This document shows, one piece after another, positions 24,844 to 32,478 of a stretch of 39,722 bases of DNA (position 1 is the first letter of the stretch; the number at the start of each line of letters is the position of its first letter). A model generated the notes under the pieces. The model was not told the DNA's origin. It was given only the letters and a program-made list of their open reading frames with translations, and did no database searches. The DNA lies in the NCBI GenBank assembly GCA_964397225.1, contig CAYNHY010000002.1:1-39722 (forward strand). The letters are read 5' to 3'. A program made the translations under genes and the position numbers. The stretch is from an uncultured Ruminococcus sp. GTDB taxonomy: Bacteria; Bacillota; Clostridia; Oscillospirales; CAG-272.

Positions 24844-26493
24844 ATGAATAATAACAAGGGCTACGGTCGTGCGGTGCGCCGTCTGTCCGATGCCGCGCCG
24901 TCGCGCGCGACGACTGACGGTGCGCACTCGCGTACATATTCCCCTGCGAGAAATATCAGCTCGCAGAGCACACCGCGACAGCCGCGTGCAAATGCGGGCA
25001 GCCGCCCCGGTGTCACACGAACCTCTTATCGCTCCGACAGCGCTCGCAGAGTGCGTGCGACGCGAGGCGAGAGCGCCGTGTACAGAAATTCGCAGCAAAG
25101 GCCTGCGACGCATACCGCAAGCGCGCGCAATGCCGCTGCACGCTCGAGTGCTCCGGTATTATACGGGAGAGAAGCGAGACTTGCAGAGCGTACCGACCGA
25201 CAGCTTCGCCGCCTTGAAAAAAAGGAGCAGCGGCTTGTCTCGGCAGAGCTTGAGTGGCAGTCCGAGGTCGAGCGAGTTCGCGGAGGCGTCGACAAGGTGA
25301 TGCTTGTCATAATCCTCATCCTTCTCGCGCTCGGCACGCTTATCATATACAGCGCCAGCTATCCTATCGGAATTTCATCCTACGATGACGGAATGTACTA
25401 CCTGAAGCGCCATCTGTTTTTCATGCTTCTCGGAGGCGCGGCGATGTTCGTAGCCTCCTATGTTCCGTATACCTGGTATAAAAAGTGGTTCGGCTTCGCG
25501 CTTTACGCACTCGCGGCGGTGCTTCTCGTTGTAGCGGCATTTGCCGGAGGCAACGACGGCACCGCGGTGTCGCGTTGGATATCGATAGGTCCCGTCCGCT
25601 TCCAGCCGTCGGAAATAATGAAGATAGCCCTTGTCATGCTGCTTGCATGGTATCTCGACAAATATGCCGACCGACTCAAAAGTCACAGAACGGTCGGTGA
25701 GAAAATAGAGCTTCTTCGAGACAAAAGACGCGGCGCCTTCTCAAGCCGCCTGTCAAAGGCGTTTCCGAGGAACGGCGGCACAGACAAACTCGGAACATAT
25801 CTGTACAATACATTTTTCCCGCTGTGCATAGTCGGCGGCTCATGCCTTCTCGTGCTCATAGGAAAGCACCTGTCGGGAACCGTGATCGTCGGCGTTATCG
25901 GACTTGCGATAATGCTTGTCGCGGGATGTCACGTTGCATACACCGTGCTGACAACGCTCGCTGTGGGAGTACCGGTTGTTGCAGTATATCTTATGTCAAA
26001 TTCATACGCCCTGCAAAGGGTGCTTACCTTTACCTCGGATAATGCGGATACGCTTGCCGAGAAGTGGCAGGCTACTCAGGGCGCGCTCGCAATAGGCTCT
26101 GGCGGACTGTTCGGCGTGGGCTTTGCGGAGAGCCGACAGAAGTTCGGCTACGTTTCCGAGCCCTACAACGATTTTATATTCAGTATATGGTGTGAGGAGT
26201 TCGGCTTTATCGGCGCAGCTCTCCTTATAGGGCTGTTCGTTGCGTTTATCTGGCGCGGCTGCGTTATTGCAATGCGTGCGCCTGACAAATATTCGATGCT
26301 TCTCGCCTTCGGTATCACGACACAGGTTGGAGTGCAGGCTGTGCTCAATATGATGGTCGTGTGCGGAGTGCTTCCGACGACGGGAGTCTCGCTCCCGTTT
26401 ATTTCCTACGGAGGAACGGCGCTCGCCGTGCTGATGGCGGAAATGGGAGTCCTTCTTTCGATATCGCGAAGGTCATACAGAAAAACGGCGTGA
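24844..26493 (+). CDS. ftsW: SEDS family peptidoglycan polymerase FtsW/SpoVE with about 150-aa basic N-terminal extension
   Basis: 549 aa as drawn. The conserved core begins near VDKVMLVIILILLALGTLIIYSASY. The C-terminal motifs are PTTGVSLPFISYGGTA. An alternative start at ATG 25300 (GGAGG 13 nt upstream) would remove the extension. Confidence 0.8.
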   Translation: MNNNKGYGRAVRRLSDAAPSRATTDGAHSRTYSPARNISSQSTPRQPRANAGSRPGVTRTSYRSDSARRVRATRGESAVYRNSQQRPATHTASARNAAARSSAPVLYGREARLAERTDRQLRRLEKKEQRLVSAELEWQSEVERVRGGVDKVMLVIILILLALGTLIIYSASYPIGISSYDDGMYYLKRHLFFMLLGGAAMFVASYVPYTWYKKWFGFALYALAAVLLVVAAFAGGNDGTAVSRWISIGPVRFQPSEIMKIALVMLLAWYLDKYADRLKSHRTVGEKIELLRDKRRGAFSSRLSKAFPRNGGTDKLGTYLYNTFFPLCIVGGSCLLVLIGKHLSGTVIVGVIGLAIMLVAGCHVAYTVLTTLAVGVPVVAVYLMSNSYALQRVLTFTSDNADTLAEKWQATQGALAIGSGGLFGVGFAESRQKFGYVSEPYNDFIFSIWCEEFGFIGAALLIGLFVAFIWRGCVIAMRAPDKYSMLLAFGITTQVGVQAVLNMMVVCGVLPTTGVSLPFISYGGTALAVLMAEMGVLLSISRRSYRKTA

Positions 26494-26529
26494 CATTGCC
26501 GCTCAAAGGAAAGGATACGTCAATACACA

Positions 26530-27666
26530 ATGAGAGTTATAATGACGGGCGGCGGCACGGGAGGTCATGTTAACCCCGCGCTTGCCATTGCCGAAACAAT
26601 TAAAAGAAACGAGCCCGATTCCGAGATAATCTTCGTCGGAACGGAGCGCGGTATCGAGAATAAGCTTGTTCCCGCGGCAGGCTTTGAGCTTCGTCATGTC
26701 GACGTTCGCGGTATTCGACGAAGCTTCTCTCCTGCGAATATCCGCGCGTTTTGGCTTGCGCTTACCTCGCCCTACAAGGCAAAGCGTCTTATCCGCGAGT
26801 TCAAGCCTGACGTTGTCATCGGCACGGGAGGCTATGTTTCGTGGCCGGTAGTTAAGGCGGCGTCAATGATGGGCGTGCCCTGCGCGCTCCACGAGTCGAA
26901 TGTGGCTCCGGGCGTTGCTGTACGCATGCTTCAAGGTAAGGTCGACCGCGTGTATCTGAATTTCGAGGCGACGGGTCGCTCGCTTCATTGCCCGGATAAG
27001 CTTCTCCGCGTCGGAAATCCGCTCGCAGGCGATTTCTCGCGCATGAGCCGCAAGGAGGCAAGAGAGGCGCTCGGCATTGAGGGCAAATACAAAAACGTTA
27101 TTCTCTCCTACGGCGGAAGCATGGGAGCGGAGAAGGTCAACGATGCGGTTCTCGAGGTGATGAAGAATTATTCCGCAAAGCACCCCGAGACCCTGCACAT
27201 TCACGCAACGGGCTCGATAGAGTGGCAGATATGCCGCGGACAGTTTGCAAAGGCGGGACTTGACAAATACCCGAACCTTGAGCTTGTCGAGTATATTTAC
27301 GACATGCCGGTGAAGATGGCGGCAGCTGACCTTATAATCTGCCGCGCGGGAGCGCTGACCGTTTCCGAGCTTGCAAAGTGCGGAAAGTGCCCGATATTCA
27401 TACCGTCTCCGAATGTTACGGAGAATCATCAGTATAAGAACGCGCGAGTGCTCGCCGATGCCGGTGCGGCATTTGTGTTCGAGGAGCGACAGCTTGCCGA
27501 GAACAGCGCGATCCTCACGCAGACGGTGGCAGGGCTTATGTCGCCGGAGGGTGAGGCGGAGCGCGCTCAGATGAGCGAGAAAATACGCGCCTTCGCGCTT
27601 GATGACGCAAATCGCCTGATATATAACGATATCAGACGCCTTGTCGACGGCGCGCGACGCAAATAA
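26530..27666 (+). CDS. murG: undecaprenyldiphospho-muramoylpentapeptide beta-N-acetylglucosaminyltransferase
   Basis: 378 aa. It has the motif TGGGTGGHVNPALA and the C-terminal segment ICRAGALTVSEL...PSPNVTENHQ. Confidence 0.92.
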   Translation: MRVIMTGGGTGGHVNPALAIAETIKRNEPDSEIIFVGTERGIENKLVPAAGFELRHVDVRGIRRSFSPANIRAFWLALTSPYKAKRLIREFKPDVVIGTGGYVSWPVVKAASMMGVPCALHESNVAPGVAVRMLQGKVDRVYLNFEATGRSLHCPDKLLRVGNPLAGDFSRMSRKEAREALGIEGKYKNVILSYGGSMGAEKVNDAVLEVMKNYSAKHPETLHIHATGSIEWQICRGQFAKAGLDKYPNLELVEYIYDMPVKMAAADLIICRAGALTVSELAKCGKCPIFIPSPNVTENHQYKNARVLADAGAAFVFEERQLAENSAILTQTVAGLMSPEGEAERAQMSEKIRAFALDDANRLIYNDIRRLVDGARRK

Positions 27667-27689
27667 CCCGAACAAAAGGAAGATTTAAG

Positions 27690-28688
27690 ATGACCGAGAA
27701 ACAGCAAAGCTTCGAACGGGACTTTTACGTCTCGGCTCATGCACGCCCCACTGCGGTCTTCGGCAGCATCGGCAACAACCGACGCTCTTCGGCATTCAAG
27801 AACAGCTCGGACAGCCGCGGAGCGCGCGGCAACGGCACGTCTCGAGGACATACCGCCGAAAACGAAAGGGCGAGAGCACGGCGAGGCGGACGCAAGGTTG
27901 ACGAGGCAAGGCGCAGCGCGGGGGAGCGGAAACGGACGGTACACCGCCGCCGTGCGCTTGTCCTGTTTGCGGTGTGCGTGCTTCTCCTCGCACTGATCGC
28001 GGGAGTGATCTATCGGTTTTTATTCGTTGTAAAATACATAAACATCAGCGGCAGCAGCGTTTATTCCTCCGACGAGATAATGTCGGCGGGAGGGCTTTCC
28101 GAGGGAGTGAATCTTTACTCCTTCCGCTCAAGCACGCTCGAGTCGAGCGTGACCTTCAGGTGTCCGTATATTTCGCATCTGACGCTCGATCGACAGCTCC
28201 CCGATACGGTCAATATAAGCGCGACCGAGGAGACGGCGCGCTATTACGCCGTAATATACGGAGAGTACAAGCTTCTCTCCGACAGCCTTCGCGTGCTCGG
28301 CACGGTAACGCAGGATGCGCTGCCGGAGGGGCTAATAAAGCTTAAGCTTCCGACCGTGAGCTACGCTGTGACCGGGCGGCAGATAGCGTTTGCCTCAGAG
28401 CGACGCATGAGCGACATAAAGCAGCTGCTTTCGGATATCTCGCAGTCGGAGCTTGCCGACAGGCTCAACATTGTCGATGTGCGCGACAAGTATGACGTCC
28501 GTGCGCTGTGCGACGGGCTGAGACTGCTGCTTATCGGCGAAAACGCGGACACGTCGTACAAGCTTCGAGTAGCCGCGCGCGTGCTTGAGGACGAGATGTT
28601 TGCCGAGAACGAAAAAAAGTACCGCGTAGACCTGACCGTGAGAGGAAAAACAGGCGTGCTCGAAATAGACGACGTCGGGCTTGATTGA
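27690..28688 (+). CDS. ftsQ: cell division protein FtsQ/DivIB (POTRA domain) with Arg-rich cytoplasmic tail
   Basis: 332 aa. RBS AAAGGAAG is present. An approximately 88-aa basic N-terminus precedes one TM helix (ALVLFAVCVLLLALIAGVIY), which is followed by a POTRA-like segment (YINISGSSVYSSDEIMSAGGLSEGVNLYSF). It is positioned between murG and ftsZ. Confidence 0.8.
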   Translation: MTEKQQSFERDFYVSAHARPTAVFGSIGNNRRSSAFKNSSDSRGARGNGTSRGHTAENERARARRGGRKVDEARRSAGERKRTVHRRRALVLFAVCVLLLALIAGVIYRFLFVVKYINISGSSVYSSDEIMSAGGLSEGVNLYSFRSSTLESSVTFRCPYISHLTLDRQLPDTVNISATEETARYYAVIYGEYKLLSDSLRVLGTVTQDALPEGLIKLKLPTVSYAVTGRQIAFASERRMSDIKQLLSDISQSELADRLNIVDVRDKYDVRALCDGLRLLLIGENADTSYKLRVAARVLEDEMFAENEKKYRVDLTVRGKTGVLEIDDVGLD

Positions 28689-28833
28689 TGTTATACAAAC
28701 GCATAACAGGCAAAATTAAGTTATGCATGCGCCTAAAACGAGCGTTTTTTGCTCAACAACGTCTGAAATCGCTGACAAATCAAAAAAATTCGCGTCTTTT
28801 TGAGTTTTTGCCTAAAATATTTTTCAAAAGCTC

Positions 28834-28862
28834 TTGAAAAAATCCTGAATTTAGTATATTAT
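28834..28862 (+). promoter_or_regulatory. sigma-A promoter (TTGAAA-17-TATTAT) dedicated to ftsZ
   Basis: TTGAAA at 28834-28839 and TATTAT at 28857-28862, within a 240-nt AT-rich gap upstream of ftsZ. Confidence 0.55.
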
Positions 28863-28928
28863 ATATAGTAAGTAATAATTCGAACCGTAAGCATACCAAG
28901 AAGTAAAAATCTTAAGGAGGCAACTGCA

Positions 28929-30050
28929 ATGCCATTTGAATTTGACGATAACTATCAGAGCAAGGTCAACATAAAGGTCGTCGGCGTCGGCGGCGGCGGA
29001 AACAACGCCATCAACCATATGATTGTGACCAACGTCCGCGGTGTTGACTTCATTTCCGTTAATACCGATAATCAGACACTTCTTCACTCGAGCGCGACCA
29101 TTAAGGTTCCGATCGGTGAGAAGATCACAAAGGGACACGGAGCGGGTGCTAACCCCGAGATCGGTGAGCACGCCGCAGAGGAGAATATCGAGGAGATCAA
29201 GAACGCACTCAGCGGAGCTGAGATGGTCTTCGTTACTGCCGGAATGGGCGGCGGTACGGGAACAGGTGCCGCACCTGTCGTTGCTCGCGTAGCACAGGAG
29301 ATGGGCATCCTTACCGTAGCTATCGTCACAAAGCCCTTCGCATTTGAAGGTAAGAAGAGAATGGAGCAGGCAGAGCGCGGTATCGCCAACCTCAGCAAGT
29401 ACGTTGACTCTCTTATCATAATCCCGAATGAGAAGCTCAAGGAGATCGGTGAAAAGATCACACTTATGAATGCCTTTGCCGTTGCGGACGACGTCCTCAG
29501 CCACGGTGTACAGAGCATTTCAGAGCTTATCAATGTTCCTCAGTACCTCAACCTCGACTTCGCGGACGTTACGACCGTTATGAAGAACGCAGGCTACGCT
29601 CACATGGGCATCGGTGAGGGAAGCGGCAAGGACAAGGCAGAGACTGCGGCAATGAACGCTATCTCAAGCCCCCTGCTCGAGACCACTATCGCAGGCTCGA
29701 TGGGTATCCTCGTCAGCATCACCGCATCTCCCGACATTGAGCTTAATGATATCGACACCGCATCCTCTCTCATCGCGAGCCAGGCTCACGAGGACGCAAC
29801 CGTAATTTGGGGTGTTGCATTCGATCCCGAGCTTGAGGACAAGATGAAGATCACCATCATCGCTACCGGCTTTGACAACAGCAGCGAGATGTTTGAGATG
29901 AAGAAGGGAAACGCTGAGGCGGCTCCCGCAAAGGCTGCCGAGCCCGCAAAGAAGGAAGAGCTTCCCGAGCTTGCGGAATCCAATGTTTCCGACGACGATA
30001 TCTCTGAGATAATCAATATGCTCCGTAAGAGCAAGGAAGCCGGAAGATAA
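28929..30050 (+). CDS. ftsZ: cell division GTPase FtsZ
   Basis: 373 aa. RBS AAGGAGG is present. Motifs are VVGVGGGGNNAINHM and GGGTGTGAAPVVA, and a conserved C-terminal peptide is present (DDDISEIINMLRKS). Confidence 0.97.
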   Translation: MPFEFDDNYQSKVNIKVVGVGGGGNNAINHMIVTNVRGVDFISVNTDNQTLLHSSATIKVPIGEKITKGHGAGANPEIGEHAAEENIEEIKNALSGAEMVFVTAGMGGGTGTGAAPVVARVAQEMGILTVAIVTKPFAFEGKKRMEQAERGIANLSKYVDSLIIIPNEKLKEIGEKITLMNAFAVADDVLSHGVQSISELINVPQYLNLDFADVTTVMKNAGYAHMGIGEGSGKDKAETAAMNAISSPLLETTIAGSMGILVSITASPDIELNDIDTASSLIASQAHEDATVIWGVAFDPELEDKMKITIIATGFDNSSEMFEMKKGNAEAAPAKAAEPAKKEELPELAESNVSDDDISEIINMLRKSKEAGR

Positions 30051-30083
30051 TTAATTTTCGAGTGATATTTTCATGTTATAAAA

Positions 30084-30131
30084 GCAAACGACCGATGCTC
30101 CTTTTGGGGCGCCGGTCGTTTGCTTTTTTTT
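30084..30131. terminator. rho-independent terminator after ftsZ
   Basis: An 11-bp stem forms between GCAAACGACCG and CGGTCGTTTGC, followed by TTTTTTTT. It is preceded by an A-rich stretch, so it could act in both directions. Confidence 0.85.
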
Positions 30132-30248
30132 GCTATGAGTCATGCGGATATCAGTAAGTGCTTTACGCGAGCAAACGGTGAAGACCAGGAAAGAGGGAAA
30201 AGTCAAAAAACGCGTTGAGCCGTCGTATAACATGTGAAAGGGCTGCGT

Positions 30249-30521
30249 TTAGATGAATATTCGCGCACCGACGAGCAGCAGCGCAAGCTGCGCGACCATG
30301 ATCGCCGGTATGCCGAGCATGAATTTCGCGTGAAGCGTTTTGTGTCGGATCAGCTGCATTGTAATGTACATGGCGACAGAGCCGCCGAGCGCGCTGAGAA
30401 TCAACAGACGTCGCTCGGATACTCGCCGTGCGTGGCGAGCGGCTGCGCGCTTGTCGTGAATTGTAATTATCACCGATATTACGGACACAGCGATAAAATA
30501 TATGAGTCCCGCGCGTGCCAT
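30249..30521 (-). CDS. DUF1294 family small membrane protein
   Basis: About 90 aa. The motif block HDKRAA...RRVSERRLLILSALGGSVAMYITMQLIRHKTLHAKF is typical of DUF1294. The ATG at 30521 overlaps the upstream stop (TGATG). The track starts it one codon earlier, at a GTG. Confidence 0.75.
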   Translation of the reverse strand: MARAGLIYFIAVSVISVIITIHDKRAAARHARRVSERRLLILSALGGSVAMYITMQLIRHKTLHAKFMLGIPAIMVAQLALLLVGARIFI

Positions 30522-31558
30522 CACAGATATTTACCCGACTCGTTCTGCGCGAGAGCGTCGCAGCGCTCGTTGTACGGATGCCCAGCGTGTCCCTTGACCC
30601 AATTGAAGCTTACGCTGTGCAGCTCGCACAGCTCGAGCAGCTGCTCCCAGAGATCGGGATTCAGCGCGGGCGAGCCGTCTCCCTTTTTCCAGCCCTTCTT
30701 CCTCCACGAACGCGCCCAGCCCTTCGTAATGCCGTCGCATACATAGCGCGAGTCGGTCGTGAGCTCCACGCGGCAAGGTTTTTTTAATTTAGACAGCGCA
30801 GTAATGACAGCGGTCAGCTCCATACGGTTGTTTGTCGTGTCGGCGCAGCCGCCGCACAGCTCAAGCTCTCGCCCGTCGGCTACAAGTATCGCACCCCAGC
30901 CGCCGGGTCCCGGATTCTTGCGGCACGAGCCGTCGGTGTAGATGCTGACGCTTCTCGGCGAGCTTGCGGCAGCGCTTTTCGGTTCGCTCTCGCCGACACT
31001 GCCTTTCGCGGAGCAGTCGGAGGTGTTTTTTTTACCTGATTTTTCGCTCGGACTGTTAGCGCGCGCCTTCGCGGCGTAGGGCAAGTGCAGCTGCGCGCCG
31101 TCAAGCACAGCCTCGGTGAGCGTGCCGCCGTCGGCGTACACAAGCTTCAGTGAGAAAAACGGCTGCGCCCTGTCCTCGATAAGGTCGAGAAATATATGGT
31201 CTCCCTCCCACAGCTCGAGCTTTCTGAGTCTGCTTCGTTCGACCCACTCAAGCTCGCCCTCGTCGCAGTCGCATAGCTCTCCTTGAAAATCGTTGCAGGT
31301 GAAGAGATGCATGTATTCGCACTCGTCGCCGTAAACAAAGGTCACAATGCCGCGAAACGCAAGCGTAATTGCCGAAAGACCGGTTTCCTCGCGTATCTCA
31401 CGGCGAATGCAGTCCTCCGGCGACTCGCCGAACTCGAAATGCCCACCGATGCCGATCCACTTGTCGCGGTTCAGGTCGTGCTCCTTCTTTACGCGGTGCA
31501 GCATCAGATACGAGCTGCCTTTTTCTATGTAGCAAAGAGTTGAATTTGTCATGCTCAT
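30521..31558 (-). CDS. fusion protein: N-terminal Nudix hydrolase (MutT-like) + C-terminal RNase HI
   Basis: 345 aa. The Nudix box GGHFEFGESPEDCIRREIREETGL is intact. A low-complexity linker follows. The RNase HI domain retains the DEDD residues in YTDGSC, NNRMELTAV, TTDSRY and NERCDALA. Confidence 0.85.
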   Translation of the reverse strand: MSMTNSTLCYIEKGSSYLMLHRVKKEHDLNRDKWIGIGGHFEFGESPEDCIRREIREETGLSAITLAFRGIVTFVYGDECEYMHLFTCNDFQGELCDCDEGELEWVERSRLRKLELWEGDHIFLDLIEDRAQPFFSLKLVYADGGTLTEAVLDGAQLHLPYAAKARANSPSEKSGKKNTSDCSAKGSVGESEPKSAAASSPRSVSIYTDGSCRKNPGPGGWGAILVADGRELELCGGCADTTNNRMELTAVITALSKLKKPCRVELTTDSRYVCDGITKGWARSWRKKGWKKGDGSPALNPDLWEQLLELCELHSVSFNWVKGHAGHPYNERCDALAQNESGKYL

Positions 31559-32280
31559 TTTTTTATATCCTTAAAGCACAGAGAAGCCTCGACGTTTGTG
31601 AGGCCGTCCTCTCGCAGCGTGCGAATGTAATGCACGCCGTCAAGCTCCGTGCGGTATACGGCGAGCCTTTCGCCGAGCGGTGCTTCGTTCAGAAAATTAA
31701 TATTCATTCGCCAAAGTCTGCGACCGTTCATGTCTCCGGCGAAGCCGCAGAGAATATCGGGATACTTGGCGTTATTCATGTGACCGTTGATGTCGCAGTC
31801 CGCGTATTCGACAAGCCTCTCTCCGAGCTTCACGGGCTCGGGCGAGCTCGGTATTCTGAAGCGTGTCGGCATGTCAAGCTCAAGTGGCTCCTCATCGTGG
31901 TAATCGGCGCCCGAATCCGAGACACGGCAGGGGCGACCGTTAGCTGTGTCAAGAAGAGCCCACACGGAGGACGCCTCTACGACCGCGGCGCCGCTTTTTG
32001 TTATGCGGTAGCAGCGGTTGAAGGTCACGCCTCTGGAGCCCGACGCCCACGTCTCGCAGTCAAAGGCGTCATGCGCGTGAAGCTCCTCGTGAAAAACCAC
32101 CGACATGCGGCTCAAAACGAAGGCGAGCCCTCTCTCGAAAAGCTCGTCGTAGGAGGGGCGCACCGCTGCAAGATGGCAGTTCGCGCAGTCCTGCAGATAG
32201 CGTATGACCGCGGAAGCGGAGGCGATGTTGTTTATATCTGTCTCGGCAGCGCCGAGTCTGTAGTGCTCAAGCCACTTCAT
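31555..32280 (-). CDS. acyl-ACP thioesterase family protein
   Basis: The start was re-assigned to MKWLEHYRLG (ATG at 32280). It has a double hot-dog layout with DINGHMNNAKY in the second half. Its stop overlaps the Nudix gene start (ATGA). The track ORF running to 32607 is over-extended. Confidence 0.7.
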   Translation of the reverse strand: MKWLEHYRLGAAETDINNIASASAVIRYLQDCANCHLAAVRPSYDELFERGLAFVLSRMSVVFHEELHAHDAFDCETWASGSRGVTFNRCYRITKSGAAVVEASSVWALLDTANGRPCRVSDSGADYHDEEPLELDMPTRFRIPSSPEPVKLGERLVEYADCDINGHMNNAKYPDILCGFAGDMNGRRLWRMNINFLNEAPLGERLAVYRTELDGVHYIRTLREDGLTNVEASLCFKDIKK

Positions 32281-32323
32281 TTTTTTTTTGGGGTACCTCG
32301 CTTTGTAAACATTATACGCTATT

Positions 32324-32352
32324 ATTATATTATACCGTAGAGAAAAAATCAA
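32324..32352 (-). promoter_or_regulatory. sigma-A promoter (TTGATT-17-TATAAT, minus strand) for the thioesterase operon
   Basis: attata at 32324-32329 and aatcaa at 32347-32352 on the plus strand. Confidence 0.55.
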
Positions 32353-32406
32353 GCACAAGAGCGTAAATACACATGCGAAAAAGGTACGCTGTATTCGCCT
32401 GTCTCG

Positions 32407-32435
32407 TTGACATTTCGTCGGTGGTGTGGTACAAT
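32407..32435 (+). promoter_or_regulatory. sigma-A promoter (TTGACA-17-TACAAT with TG extension) for proBAC
   Basis: TTGACA at 32407-32412 and TACAAT at 32430-32435, preceded by TGG. Confidence 0.65.
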
Positions 32436-32478
32436 ATATCAAAACAGAGGATGACCGTCGAAAGGTGCTCGATAGCGC

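Noticed and set aside
23774-24937. 387-aa minus-strand ORF opposite mraY
   Set aside because: It is an antisense shadow with Arg/His-rich nonsense composition. The plus frame is an unmistakable MraY.
24869-25300. 143-aa alternative-frame ORF and 98-aa and 106-aa minus-strand ORFs within the ftsW 5' region
   Set aside because: All frames are open here because of GC-rich low-complexity sequence. Only the ftsW frame continues into a conserved protein. Whether even that frame is translated upstream of 25300 is left open as a finding.
26863-27675. 270-aa minus-strand ORF opposite murG
   Set aside because: It is an antisense shadow.
31369-32340. 323-aa plus-strand ORF opposite the thioesterase and Nudix genes
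   Set aside because: It is an antisense shadow. The minus frames have the Nudix box, the RNase H DEDD residues and hot-dog motifs.
32436-32478. Possible T-box or attenuator upstream of proB, as known for proBA in Bacillus
   Set aside because: The leader is only about 40 nt and has no T-box core, terminator hairpin or leader peptide.
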